DNA of 63,792 nt, counting the filler, from Phoronis australis (taxonomy: Eukaryota; Animalia; Phoronida): assembly GCA_002633005.1 (NCBI GenBank). It is 8 parts of 8 records of this genome, joined end to end, with 100 filler letters (N's around TTAATTAATTAA, not from the genome) between each part and the next. Parts side by side here need not be neighbours in the genome. Positions count along the whole stretch, not along the records: positions 1 to 21,798 come from NMRA01001311.1; positions 21,899 to 27,128 come from NMRA01000083.1; 6 more parts are not named here. The stretch is one strand, 5' to 3'. Below, in pieces: positions 14,149 through 24,499 of this stretch. Below the pieces are notes generated by a model, which saw only the letters and a list, made by a program, of their open reading frames with translations, did not search any database and had not been told where the DNA came from. Both the position numbers and the translations under genes were made by a program. How positions within the stretch are numbered: the stretch's first letter is position 1; every line of letters begins with the position of its first letter.

Positions 14149-15472
14149 TACTCGGTAACCCAATGGTCGTCCACTTAAATATAAAATCGGCTTGTTGTCG
14201 TACTCACTCAATATTATTCCACTTCAAAGTTATGCTTTGCATAGGATTTGATTTAACTCTCACAATCATATAGTATTCGTTGATTCAAACGTTTTCTTTT
14301 ACTTATGCCGAGTTGTTCAACTGTGCATTGCTTTTCGGCAGCCAACGACTCCTATGGTCGTCATATGCTGCCGCCTTTTGAAAGAACAGAAAACCCACAC
14401 AGAAAAAGGCCAAGAAAATAGTGTAAAGTGGTTTACAGCAATTCTACTTCAACCACAAACTGTTTTACTAGTATGATATCGATTTTTAAATCGATTAAAA
14501 TTGATTTAGAATTTCAGTTCTGGAAAATAAATCGCAATTGTTTTATTCCAGATAGAACTTACTTATTTTCTGTTTGTGACCTCTTTACTTGACTTTTTGC
14601 TCTTGTTGTTCTTAATACCACTTATCTCTGCTGTCTTTCTTTTTCTTTTCAGTTTTTCTTCATTCTCTGTTAACACCTCGTCAGCCAAAGCAGAACTGTA
14701 ACGCGTTGAGACTTGGTCGGCGGAGCTTCATTGAATCTCGATACAATTGTTCTAATAAATTACTCATAATCGTATTGTTTGATTTTTTCTCATCTTTAAC
14801 AGGCTTCTGCAATCATAAATTAATAAATAAATACCCAAGTTGCACTTGAATTTTATTGATCAATCTCTTCTTTTATTTTTGATTATGTCATGCTGTGTTG
14901 TATGTAACAATGCAATATAGTGAAATAAAGTCAATGTTTTACTTTATTGGTGGCCATATCAATTCAAGTATTTTAATTTTCTTGAAATAAATTCAAAATT
15001 CTTTAACCAAAAATTTCAACATAAATTTTGAGCTCAGTACTTTGTTTTGCAATAAAAAAACAAGTGAACAATATTTTGATGACCAAGGCGTGGGCCGAAA
15101 CTGTTAGCACCCAGCGTGTTGCATTTGTCTGCTGCGTTTTTCCTTTGGCCTAGCAGGTGTCAGTTAGTGCCTGGGACAAATAGATACATTGCATAAACAA
15201 TCCATGACTTGCTTTTTGTTCCATCTGAAGAAAATTTAATTTCGAAAATATCTTCTGAAATGAACAAAAAGTGCATTAGTAAAATCTACAAGTTCGGATC
15301 TCAAAAAACAGTCGGCAAATGCATTAATTTTAGTCTCAGTTCTTCCATGCGTGTTTCTCCCGAGAGATTATTACCTTACAAATTGGAACGCTAAGTCCCG
15401 CGTGGCTGCGCTGCACGCGAAAGAAGATGGCGGACGACCTTTGGAGCCTGACGACGATAGGTATCCGGACTA
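14149..15472 (+). mobile_element. ~1.3-kb non-autonomous DNA element, imperfect ~28-bp TIRs, TA-flanked (superfamily uncertain)
   Basis: Ends TACTCGGTAACCCAATGGTCGTCC and (rc) TAGTCCGGATACCTATCGTCGTCAGG; collinear homology with 21899-22279 (direct) and 22632-24499 (inverted). Confidence 0.7.
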
Positions 15473-16193
15473 TACATGTTGTCCGGCGGTCATGTTCAGT
15501 CCCCGGCGGTCCTGTTTTGTCATGGGGCGGTCATGTTTTTAGATGCGTCAGTCCCATTTTCTGGTGCGGCGGTCCCTTTTGATCCCCGCCGGGAGGTCCT
15601 GTTTTGGGTGAGTCAGTCCGATTTAGAGGATCGGCGGTCATGTTGTTTCTCACCCGTGTTCTTGCTCTTGCCAAATGATGATACTCATGTGCAGGATGAA
15701 AGGGTTTTAAGGAAAATCATTCGTGACAAAGAAAGTGTTAGCCAAAATAACAACATGCAATATTGCTGTGCGAAACAACTTGGGAAAATAGCTGAGCCTT
15801 TGTACGTAAAACAACCGTACTTTCTAAAAGCGGCATATCAAAAGCCGGACCGTCCTCAGTTGAGAGAAGGTGCTTATAGGCGAAGGCAACCTTTTTCCAT
15901 GTCATTTTGAGCTAAAATAAGGTTGGTTGGTTTTCCTAGACATATTTTCCACTTAATTACAGCTTTTCGTAATTTAATTGGTTACTCGTCCGCTACTGCG
16001 GAAGTGACGTTTTAGGAGGCAAGCGTTTCCCGCCACTTGGTTTTGCGTTGACTTTACCGTGCGAATCTGTTCTATTCTACTTTTGTTTTGTGCTGTTTTT
16101 CAACAATTGTCGCCACCACTTTCCATCGGCGAGTATTCTGCGGCAAGATAGGTTAGTAGAGAACTCAGCAAATACGTTGGATTTAGGGAATGT

Positions 16194-17306
16194 TTAGTGT
16201 GTTGTAAGCTGTAAATGACTGGAGTTGGTGACCGTATCGCAGTGACAGTAGTGTGAGTGACGGAGACCTTGTTCACAGCAGTGGTGACGAGGATTTTTTT
16301 CACGGACATTCAGTGGGTGGGTACATGTTTGAGCCCGAGTTAACGAGGCAAAGTACGCACAGGCATAGGCAGCTGTTGAGAGAAACGAGGCGGCTACTGA
16401 GGACAGACGTGGTGACAAATCTTGGTGCAAATGCACTATGTGCGTTGTTATGCCTACCTCAATGGAATGCTTGTGCTGTTCAGAGTTCGACGAGGCCAAG
16501 CCACTACTGGACATGGTTAAGTGGACCTCCGGCATACCACGGACAGAGGAACAACTGTCCCACTTGCCAGAGTGTCCCGCGACACACTCCCACTGGATGG
16601 TGACCTGAGCACCCAAACTGCTTACATCGTGTCGTGTGACTCCCTCGCCACACACCTGGCACCTTCTAAATAGCTCCAACACTTTAGACAAGTCCACAAT
16701 AAACTTATCAAAGTTTGGCTCACCGATCTGTTCACTGGACGACGAACTGTCCTCTTCACTGGGTGTCGAACTGGGCCTGTAATCACTCCCACTACTCAAT
16801 ATCGCTGCAGGGCTGCTTAGAGGCTCTGGGCTGGAGAAAACAGCACAGGGCGAATCACTACTGGTTCCAGGAATTGCACGCTCTGGGGTACGTTCGGAGG
16901 CACGGGTGACAGTAGATGAAGTGCCTCCACTGGCTCCAGTCACTGTACTGGCCACAGCCCGCAAAGCTTCTCGCCTCAAAAACGCACTTCTCGGGGGTGG
17001 CGACGGGGCACTGCCGGGAATCAACACAGACGGAATGGCATCCTTCTTCAGGCGTTGTTTCGCAGGGACCTTCATCAGTTCAGCGTACAAATCCCTTTCG
17101 TAACCGGAAGGCAGAAAGTGCTTGCCACACACACGGTAATTCTCCACTGCTTTGTACGTTGCGTGGACGGGTAACGCTGCGTTCTTCACACGAACGAGCC
17201 AAGTACGGCGAAGTGTGTCATTCATCGAAAAGCGATGCAAAGGTACTCCCAAAGCGCGCGTGAGCCGATAACTAGTACATTCCGGTACGCAGCAACAGTG
17301 TGGCAT
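16194..17306 (-). CDS. Truncated Kolobok transposase: THAP zinc finger + Ser-rich linker + CxxC/CxxxH module; no DDE core; last ~100 aa are antisense read-through of the partner ORF
   Basis: CAAC-ATG; MPHCCCVPEC...HRF...W...RVCGKHF...LKKDAIPS (THAP C2CH); KFIVDLSKVLELFRRCQVC...WECVAGHSGKW. Transposase similarity ends near 16505. Confidence 0.8.
   Translation of the reverse strand: MPHCCCVPECTSYRLTRALGVPLHRFSMNDTLRRTWLVRVKNAALPVHATYKAVENYRVCGKHFLPSGYERDLYAELMKVPAKQRLKKDAIPSVLIPGSAPSPPPRSAFLRREALRAVASTVTGASGGTSSTVTRASERTPERAIPGTSSDSPCAVFSSPEPLSSPAAILSSGSDYRPSSTPSEEDSSSSSEQIGEPNFDKFIVDLSKVLELFRRCQVCGEGVTRHDVSSLGAQVTIQWECVAGHSGKWDSCSSVRGMPEVHLTMSSSGLASSNSEQHKHSIEVGITTHIVHLHQDLSPRLSSVAASFLSTAAYACAYFASLTRAQTCTHPLNVREKNPRHHCCEQGLRHSHYCHCDTVTNSSHLQLTTH
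16216..16515 (+). pseudogene. Disrupted Kolobok accessory ORF (KolX / P2X7 C-terminal 'ballast'/Nanor-like Cys-rich domain), 5' part only
   Basis: GGYMFEPE, then a frameshift and in-frame TAG at 16366-16368, then RRGDKSWCKCTMCVVMPTSMECLCCSEFDEA (WCxCxxCxxMxxxxExxCCxE motif). Confidence 0.75.
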
Positions 17307-17645
17307 GTTGACTGACTAGTAAATGAAAGCAAACGACGACGGAACTTAACACAACCGAGGTAGAACAATGATTGACTCGGCAGCTCTCACCGTCAGATTA
17401 TATGAAAAGAAATTGGCGCGAAATGCTTGCCTCCTAAAACGTCACTTCCGCAGTAGCGGACGAGTAATTAATAAAATTACGAAAAGCTGTAATTAAGGGG
17501 AAAATATGTCTAGGATAACCAACCAACCTTATTTTAGCTCAAAATGACATGGAAAAAGGTTGCCTTCGCCTTTAAACTCTGGCCTGTGTGTGCAAAACCG
17601 CATCACCTCAATAGCATTATTGCTAATGACAGCCTGTAAAACTGT

Positions 17646-17699
17646 CTGGGTACGGCAGCCTTATCTGTAGCACTGGGTACGGCAGCCTTATCTGTAGCA
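17646..17699. repeat. Perfect 27-bp tandem duplication
   Basis: CTGGGTACGGCAGCCTTATCTGTAGCA x2. Confidence 0.9.
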
Positions 17700-18147
17700 C
17701 TTGAATTACGAGTCTCTCACTACGATAAGATGATGAAGCAACCGGGGTGAACTCTTGCGGACGATGTTGTTAGTCACGAGTGCCACTTTCTTAATATTCA
17801 AAAAAGGTATGCGACTTGTTAGGTCAGAGTAGACCAGACTGATATTTGTCTACGGCATTGATTTATCGATCGGCTGTCACACACATGCATGTCTTTGATG
17901 TTTTGGCTTAAATCTAATTAGTTGCCTAATGCTCAATAATTTAACACTAGGTTCATGACCATGTGTCAGTGAATCCGTTTACTTTGAGGGCACGAGAACT
18001 ATTACCAGCAAGCTTCCTGGAAAGATTCATGACGATTGACAAAGTGTGAAACATCTTTTTGTTAGCTTGAATCAGATTGTGGTCACATCACTCAGTGGCC
18101 TGCACGAAAGACGTTTATCGTTGGCCAAGTGTGACATAAGTCCAATT

Positions 18148-18330
18148 TAATAATTCGTGATTTATTCCAGTAATAATTTTTTGGCTAATCAGAAACCAGG
18201 AATAATAATTGCAATAAATATTTATTACTGTAATTAATTTTTATTCCAGTAATAAAGATTTATTGTGGTAATTATTCCTGATGTCTGATTCGCTAAAGAA
18301 TTATTACTGGAATAAATCGCGAATTATTAC
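18148..18330. repeat. AT-rich fold-back element (MITE-like)
   Basis: ~80-bp imperfect inverted arms: TAATAATTCGTGATTTATTCCAGTAATAAT...ATTATTACTGGAATAAATCGCGAATTATTA. Confidence 0.7.
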
Positions 18331-19559
18331 AGTAATAAATAGTACTTACTCTCAATTACTACCCCCAGCAGTGGAGAATGTGTTATTATGAGCATAATCA
18401 TGAAAAATAACACGAATAAATGTCCTTAAAGCATGACTTCAATGGAATTATTGGGCTAACTGAGTTTGTTCTCGCGAAGTCATAGCAAAATCAGAAAACG
18501 CGTTCAAATGTAAACCTGGTCAAATGATAGGTGAAGTTGCCTCTTCTTATGGAACGCCCCTAGCTTCACCTTTTGACGGGTCGTTTCTGTCACGTTACGA
18601 GTCATCGAAATCCGTCAGAGATGAATCGAACTGTAATTCCCAAATGGGTCAAGTTACCGCCCCATTTCAGTGCGACGAATAAGAAGTTGTCGTTTGGTCG
18701 GCGATAACGTATCTTTCGATGTCAGTCAGTTTACACCCAACTGACCCGACATCTGATTAGCCTAAAAGGTCATCAGCCATCCCACTTTGCATTTGTTGAA
18801 TAACGGACAAGTTTACATGCACACTCGTATTAATTAAATGAATCACAATCCACATCTGTGGAGTGTAGCACCTGCAAAAGTACAACGGTGGCTTCTGAGT
18901 TAGAATAGCATGTACAGTTAAAATGTTATAAAAGAAAGACTGTTTATCCAAATAACTTAGGGCAATGCTGTGAGTGACGAGGACTGGTTGGCTGTGATCT
19001 TGGAGTGATTTTCACAATGCTGTGCCAACAGTTGTTGAGTCCTTGTAAGTTCTATTTGCTTGATCAGTGAAGATTTACTAGTCTTGGTCAGTAGAGACAA
19101 GGCATGTTGTAGGTTGTGTTTTTATGCGAGGCAGTGCTGGCCATTTTTTATACTTTTCCTTTGTGTCAAATGCTCAGCGAAGACAGGGTATGCTGCAAGT
19201 TGTTTTTTTTTTTGAGAAAATGGTGACTTGTTATTGTTTGTTTTTAAAGAACTAAAAAAGCAAAACGCGTCAGTGAAGCGTCAGCGTGTTAGAAATGACT
19301 CGTCACGTGTCACAAAAGACTCGTCACAAGGTGGCACTAGTGGCGTTCCATATTTTCGTGCCATACTGCGTCACCGCGAGATCTAAGCACGAACAACGAA
19401 AGGCCGATTCAATAGGGATCTAATCAGAACACCATTGCCTGCAGGTGTTATTCGCGGCTGTTTGAATTAAAGTTGATCCTGACAGTGACGTAGACAAAAG
19501 CAAGCCAAGAATCCTAACAGTTTATTACATTTGGCAAATTATGGCACTGGCGGGCTCAG

Positions 19560-20020
19560 AGCGATGCTCTTGCAGTTGGAACCAAGTTAACATGTGTTAT
19601 CGTTCAAGATAGGCTTTAGTGAAATTTAAAAATAGCGGACCCATAATCTAACCCTGGGGAAATCCCTCAGTAAGTCGTTCCCACCGACAGCAGGCAATGC
19701 CAACTCCAACTCTCTGATATCTGTCTCCAAGGTAGGCTAACCCTTGACACTGAGGCAGAGCAGGGCAGGTTCAGCCAATCCGTACTTCAAAAGCTTATAG
19801 ACCAGCAGCAGCAGGTCATCTGGCACGCAATCAAATACCTTCGACAGATCTATCGTGATGGCGCCACCAGTTTTCCCTCGAGTCCTCATTCATCCGATGC
19901 AGAATAGCCTGGCAGCTGAAGCCTTTACTAGAGGTACACAACATAGGGGAGATTATGGTCTCAAAATAGCCATAAATTGATCTGCTATGGTACCTCCAAG
20001 GACCATGGACAAATACGATC
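19560..20020 (-). mobile_element. Degenerate LINE RT fragment
   Basis: Minus strand GAITIDLSKVFDCVP, KLLKYG, GFPQG*IMGPLFL, with stops and frameshifts. Confidence 0.7.
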
Positions 20021-20329
20021 TTTAATTTTCTTTACACAAAACTAAATTCCTTTTTCTTATGAGGAGTGAGTTATGAAAGTTTTGTGTCGATTGGAAACCT
20101 TGACTTGCGAATACCATATTTACAAGTTCTTTAAAACTAGTCAAACCACCCCATTTTTCATTGGTTTGGAACAGAGAGGTTTTATATTCTCTGCTCTGGT
20201 GTTCCACGGTAATCGCTACAACAGTTGGATATACGCTATCATGAGACACATGTGATCTTCCAGTCATTAGTCACATTAATCAAACTGCTATTAAAAATAT
20301 AACTCATGATTTGCTGATGATCAATCAAT

Positions 20330-21080
20330 TTATTTCTGTAATAAAGGCCCCAGGCCCACTGTACAAAAGAACAATATGTAACATACTTAGATTGCAACAA
20401 GCTATCACGGATATGAAAAGCATAGGTTAACTAATTTGGCATCATCACTTGTTGACATTAACCTATGGAACAAAAAGACGGAAAAATACAGTAATATGCT
20501 TCAATAGAATTTTCTCTCAATTCAGAATATTTATCACAGCTTAGAAGGAAATGGTACTCGTCTTCAACAACATTGGGCAGAAGGGACACCCTCTGTTTTC
20601 CCTATCCAAATTCAAGTGCCTGCCTATTTCAATCATGAGACTGTGGCTGGAACTACGAAAATGTGCCATGGACACTTTTTTCGGGTTTAAATTTCATTTT
20701 ACATTTGTAAGACCAGTCATAGAGTTTGTTTAGGTCATTTGCATTGAGTATAGTATTTAAACTGAAAATTTTTTCCAAATTTGAATTCCTTTTTAAATTG
20801 ATTAAACAAACACAGTTTAGCATTATTCTCAACACTCTGTCTCCATCCTTGCAAATAACAATCCTTTAATCGCTGTCAAAAAATTTTCAGAAAAGTATTT
20901 TCACACAAAACGCCTTGATTTATCCAAACTTCTTGGAATGCATAATTTGACAACTTTTAAAGTCCAACTGACGTGGCCCAGAGTGTTTCCTTCACAAATA
21001 ATTACACTTGTAGATTTGAATTTGGACGATGATTGATTTTACAGTTTTCCAGATAGGCTTGTTTTTGGACAATTATCACA
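20330..21080 (-). mobile_element. Degenerate LINE 3' region with CCHC knuckle (RTE-X/CR1-like)
   Basis: AHFRSSSHSLMIEIGRHLNLDRENRGCPFC / NVVEDEYHFLLSCDKYSELR; KLCLFNQFKKEF; AATAAA near 20330. Confidence 0.7.
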
Positions 21081-21592
21081 CTTTTCAGTGAAGTGAACAT
21101 TTATGACCTGCTTTTGAGCCTAGTTCAAAGGTTTTGCTGCTTGCGAAGCTTTCCCGTTGTGTGAAGTGCGACCCGGCACTTCAAAATATGTTCTTCAGTT
21201 GGGCTTTTTACGCTCGGTGTTACGGAGAGTATCGCCTCTAAACCTGCCCAGTGAACAAGTCTGAATAGAAATACACGGCGTTGATCTTTTTTTATTACAC
21301 AACAACGTTTAAACTGTGGCCTGCAATTTACCACATAAGCATAATTTCCGCGGCAGGCTGGTAAATTTGCCAGCCTCTGAGCTTCATTTGACTGCACTTC
21401 ACTGCACCTTCAAAGTTCTAGAAAAGCAGCAATCATGTAATAAAACTACTCTTTAATTCGACAATTGAATGCTTCCATACATCGTTTTTGATGTTTTATT
21501 GGTACAAAACGATAACGACAGGCGATAAATGTTCTTGCTTTGTGCCAGTAGGGATACTCGGCACTCAGTCCTCACCTACTGACGCAAGTTAA

Positions 21593-21798
21593 AGGCGAAG
21601 GCAACCTTTTTCCATGTCATTTTGAGCTAAAATAAGGTTGGTTGGTTATCCTAGACATATTTTTCACTTAATTACAGCTTTTCGTAATTTTATTAATTAT
21701 TCGTCCGCTTTTCCGGAAGTGACGTTTTAGGAGGCAAGCGCTTCCCGCCAATTTCTTTTCACATAGTCTGACTGTGAGAGCTGCCGAGTCAGTCATTG
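21593..21798 (+). mobile_element. Second Kolobok copy, THAP-side terminus, cut by spacer
   Basis: TTAA at 21589-21592 followed by AGGCGAAGGCAACC...; matches the reverse complement of 17367-17571, including sequence inside the TIR. Confidence 0.9.
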
Positions 21799-21898
21799 NN
21801 NNNNNNNNNNNNNNNNNNNNNNNNNNNNNNNNNNNNNNNNNNTTAATTAATTAANNNNNNNNNNNNNNNNNNNNNNNNNNNNNNNNNNNNNNNNNNNN
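21799..21898. other. Artificial 100-nt assembly spacer; identical ones at 27129-27228, 37100-37199, 42921-43020, 51396-51495, 54985-55084 and 58107-58206
   Basis: 44 N + TTAATTAATTAA (stop codons in all six frames) + 44 N. Confidence 0.97.
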
Positions 21899-22279
21899 AA
21901 AATGTTAAGAACCCAGCGTATCGCATTTGTCTGCGGATTTTTCCTTTGGCCTTCTAGATCCTACTAGTGCCTGGGACAAACAGATACATTGCATAAACAA
22001 ACCCTGGATCATGTTTTGTGTCCCGTCGGAAGAAAATTTAAATTCGAAAACATTCTTCTGAAAACGCACAAAAAAGTGTATTAGTAAAATCTACTGATTT
22101 TTAAGTGGTTTTAAAAAACAATCGGTAAACTCACCGATTTTTGTCTCATTACTTTGATACGTGTCTCTTCCGATAAGTTAGTACCTAACGTGCAGACGAG
22201 CACTCCAAATTGGAACGCTAAGTCCCGCGTGGTTGCGCTGCACGCGAAACAAGATGGCGAACGACCTTTGGAGCCTGAC
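21899..22279 (+). mobile_element. Partial copy (right end) of the 14149-15472 element
   Basis: Aligns by eye with 15100-15472 and ends GGTAACCGGACTA|TA. Confidence 0.75.
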
Positions 22280-22631
22280 GACAATAGGTAACCGGACTAT
22301 ACTTTTAGAAATGCTACCTACACCAGAAATAAAACCACATAATTGGGCCAGGTTGTCGCTAGTGAATAATGATGTAACGTTATGCAGAAGAGCACAGACT
22401 AAGTTCGTCCATTAAAAGTTTACGGAGTTGAAGGTCCATGTACTATAGTCTATGGTCAGTGTTGTATTGGTAAAATTGCGGGGTTTGTATTGCATTGGTG
22501 TACTACGGTAGTTAGAAACAGAATTTTTTGAAGTTCATCAAACTCTGGTTATTGGTAATGTCTCATTGGCTGTTTATTTCAAGCAGCTATGAACCATGTG
22601 GGTTGTCTCAATTTTTTTCATATATTTGTTA

Positions 22632-24499
22632 TCGTCGGGATTACCTGTCGTCGTCAGGCTCCAGTGGTCGTACGCCATTCTCTTGCGTGCAGCGCAGCCA
22701 CACGGGACTTAGCGTTCCAGTCCAGAGTGTTTGTCTGCTTGCTAGGTACTAACCTCTCCGGAAAAATATGCATCGAAGAAATGAAACAAAAATCGGTGCA
22801 TTTACCAACTGTTTTTTAAAACCACTTAAAAACTTGTACTAATGCACCTCTTTGTTCATTTTCAGAAGTTATTTTCGAAATTAAATTTTGTTCATACTGA
22901 GACAAAAAACAACCCAGGGATTGTTTATACAATGTATCTATTTGTCCCAGGCACTAACCCATATCTATAAAGCCAAAAGAAAAATTCCACAGAAAAATGC
23001 AACATGCTGGGTGCTTAACAGTTTCGCCCACGCATCGGCCATAAAAATATTGTCCACTTGTTTTTTATTGCAAAACACTGTGCAGAGCTCAGCATTAATG
23101 TTGAAATTTTTTGTTTAGGCATATTGAATTTATTTGAAGAAAATTAAAATACTTGAATTGATAGAGAATGGTCAACAATAAAATAAAACATTGAATTTAT
23201 TTCACTATATTGCATTGTTACATACAACACAGCATGACATTATTTAAAATAAAAGAAGAGATTGAGCAACAAAACGAAAAAAGGAACTTGGGTATTTATT
23301 TATGTATGATTACAGAAGCTTGTTAAAGGTGAGAAAAAAATCTAACATTATATATGACATTGGGTAATTTATTAGAACAACTGTATCCAGGTCTCATGAT
23401 CAACTTCTGCCGACCAAGTCTCGAATGGTTACAGTTCTGTTTTGGCTGGCAAGGTATTCACAGAGAATGAAGAAATACTGAAATGAAAAAGAAAGACAGC
23501 AGACAAAAATGGTGTTAAGAACAACAAGAGCAAAAAGTCAACTAAAGAAGTCACAAACCAAAAATAAGTAAGATCCATCTGGAATAAAAAAATCGCGGGC
23601 AGCAGTACGACCTTCAGCAAATTTGAATGGCTAGTAACTGCTTATTCAGATGCAGAACTGAGGTCTGCCGTGAATGTCAGAAGTGTTCACCGCTACAGCT
23701 TTGGCACTGCTTGTCATTGGTTAACATGAGCTTTGGGAAGATGCAGTTTTCCCAACAGCGACCTCTGGACCGAAGATTTTGTTGTGATGTTCATACTCTA
23801 AGGTGCCATGACATTTTTTCCGTCATTGTCACAAAGCGTTCATAAGAGTATTAATGACAGATTTTTGAAAAGTTACAAGAAAAGTATGGTAATTATTTAG
23901 AACAAAAATAGATTGTTTTAAACATGATTGCATTTTATTTCTAATTTTCACGTTCTGGTTATTTCATTGCTTAAATTTCAAAATCATGTATTTTCCAGAA
24001 TTGAAGTTCTGATCCAATTTTAATTGATTTAAAAAATCAATATTATACCACATGAGTGGGCGGCGCACCAATTGGGGGCTGGGGGGGCTATAGCCCCCTC
24101 TTTTTTCAGTGCTTCGGCGCCCATGGTCTATGGGCGGTGCACAACGGGGTTGAGGGGCTATAGCCCCCCCCTTTTTTTTCAGTGCTGCGGCGCCCATGTA
24201 CCAGTGAAACAGTCAACTTTCCAATATTTTCTTGGCCTTTTTCTGAATGTTTTTCTTTACTTACAAAAGCCAACAGCATATGACAACCATAGGAGTCATT
24301 ATAAAGTGGCTGCCAAAAAGCAATGTGCAGTTGAAACAACTCGACATATATTAAAGAAAACTTTCGAATACTGTATATTTGTGAGACTTACCGATAAATC
24401 AAATCCTGTTCAGAGCATAACTTTGAAGAGGAATAATTCTGTGAGTACGACAACAAGCCAGTTTTATGCTTAGGCGGACGACCATTGGTTTCCTGAGTG
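22632..24499 (-). mobile_element. Full-length inverted copy of the 14149-15472 element, with ~400 bp of extra internal sequence and a nested MITE
   Basis: Reverse-complement homology along its length; both termini present. Confidence 0.75.

Larger units (their letters stand above)
15878..17571 (-). mobile_element. Kolobok-type DNA transposon, internal-deletion derivative
   Basis: ~158-bp TIRs at 15878-16035 and 17414-17571 with AGGCGAAGG...CCTTCGCCT ends; TTAA on the right and TTAT on the left; convergent THAP-transposase and Cys-rich ORFs. Confidence 0.88.

Noticed and set aside
15476-15660. CRISPR-like repeat-spacer array
   Set aside because: Repeats are only ~12 bp and degenerate, spacing is irregular, the context is eukaryotic and there are no cas genes.
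21843-21854. TTAATTAATTAA as a biological motif or TTAA target site
   Set aside because: Always centred in exactly 44+44 Ns; it is an artificial linker.
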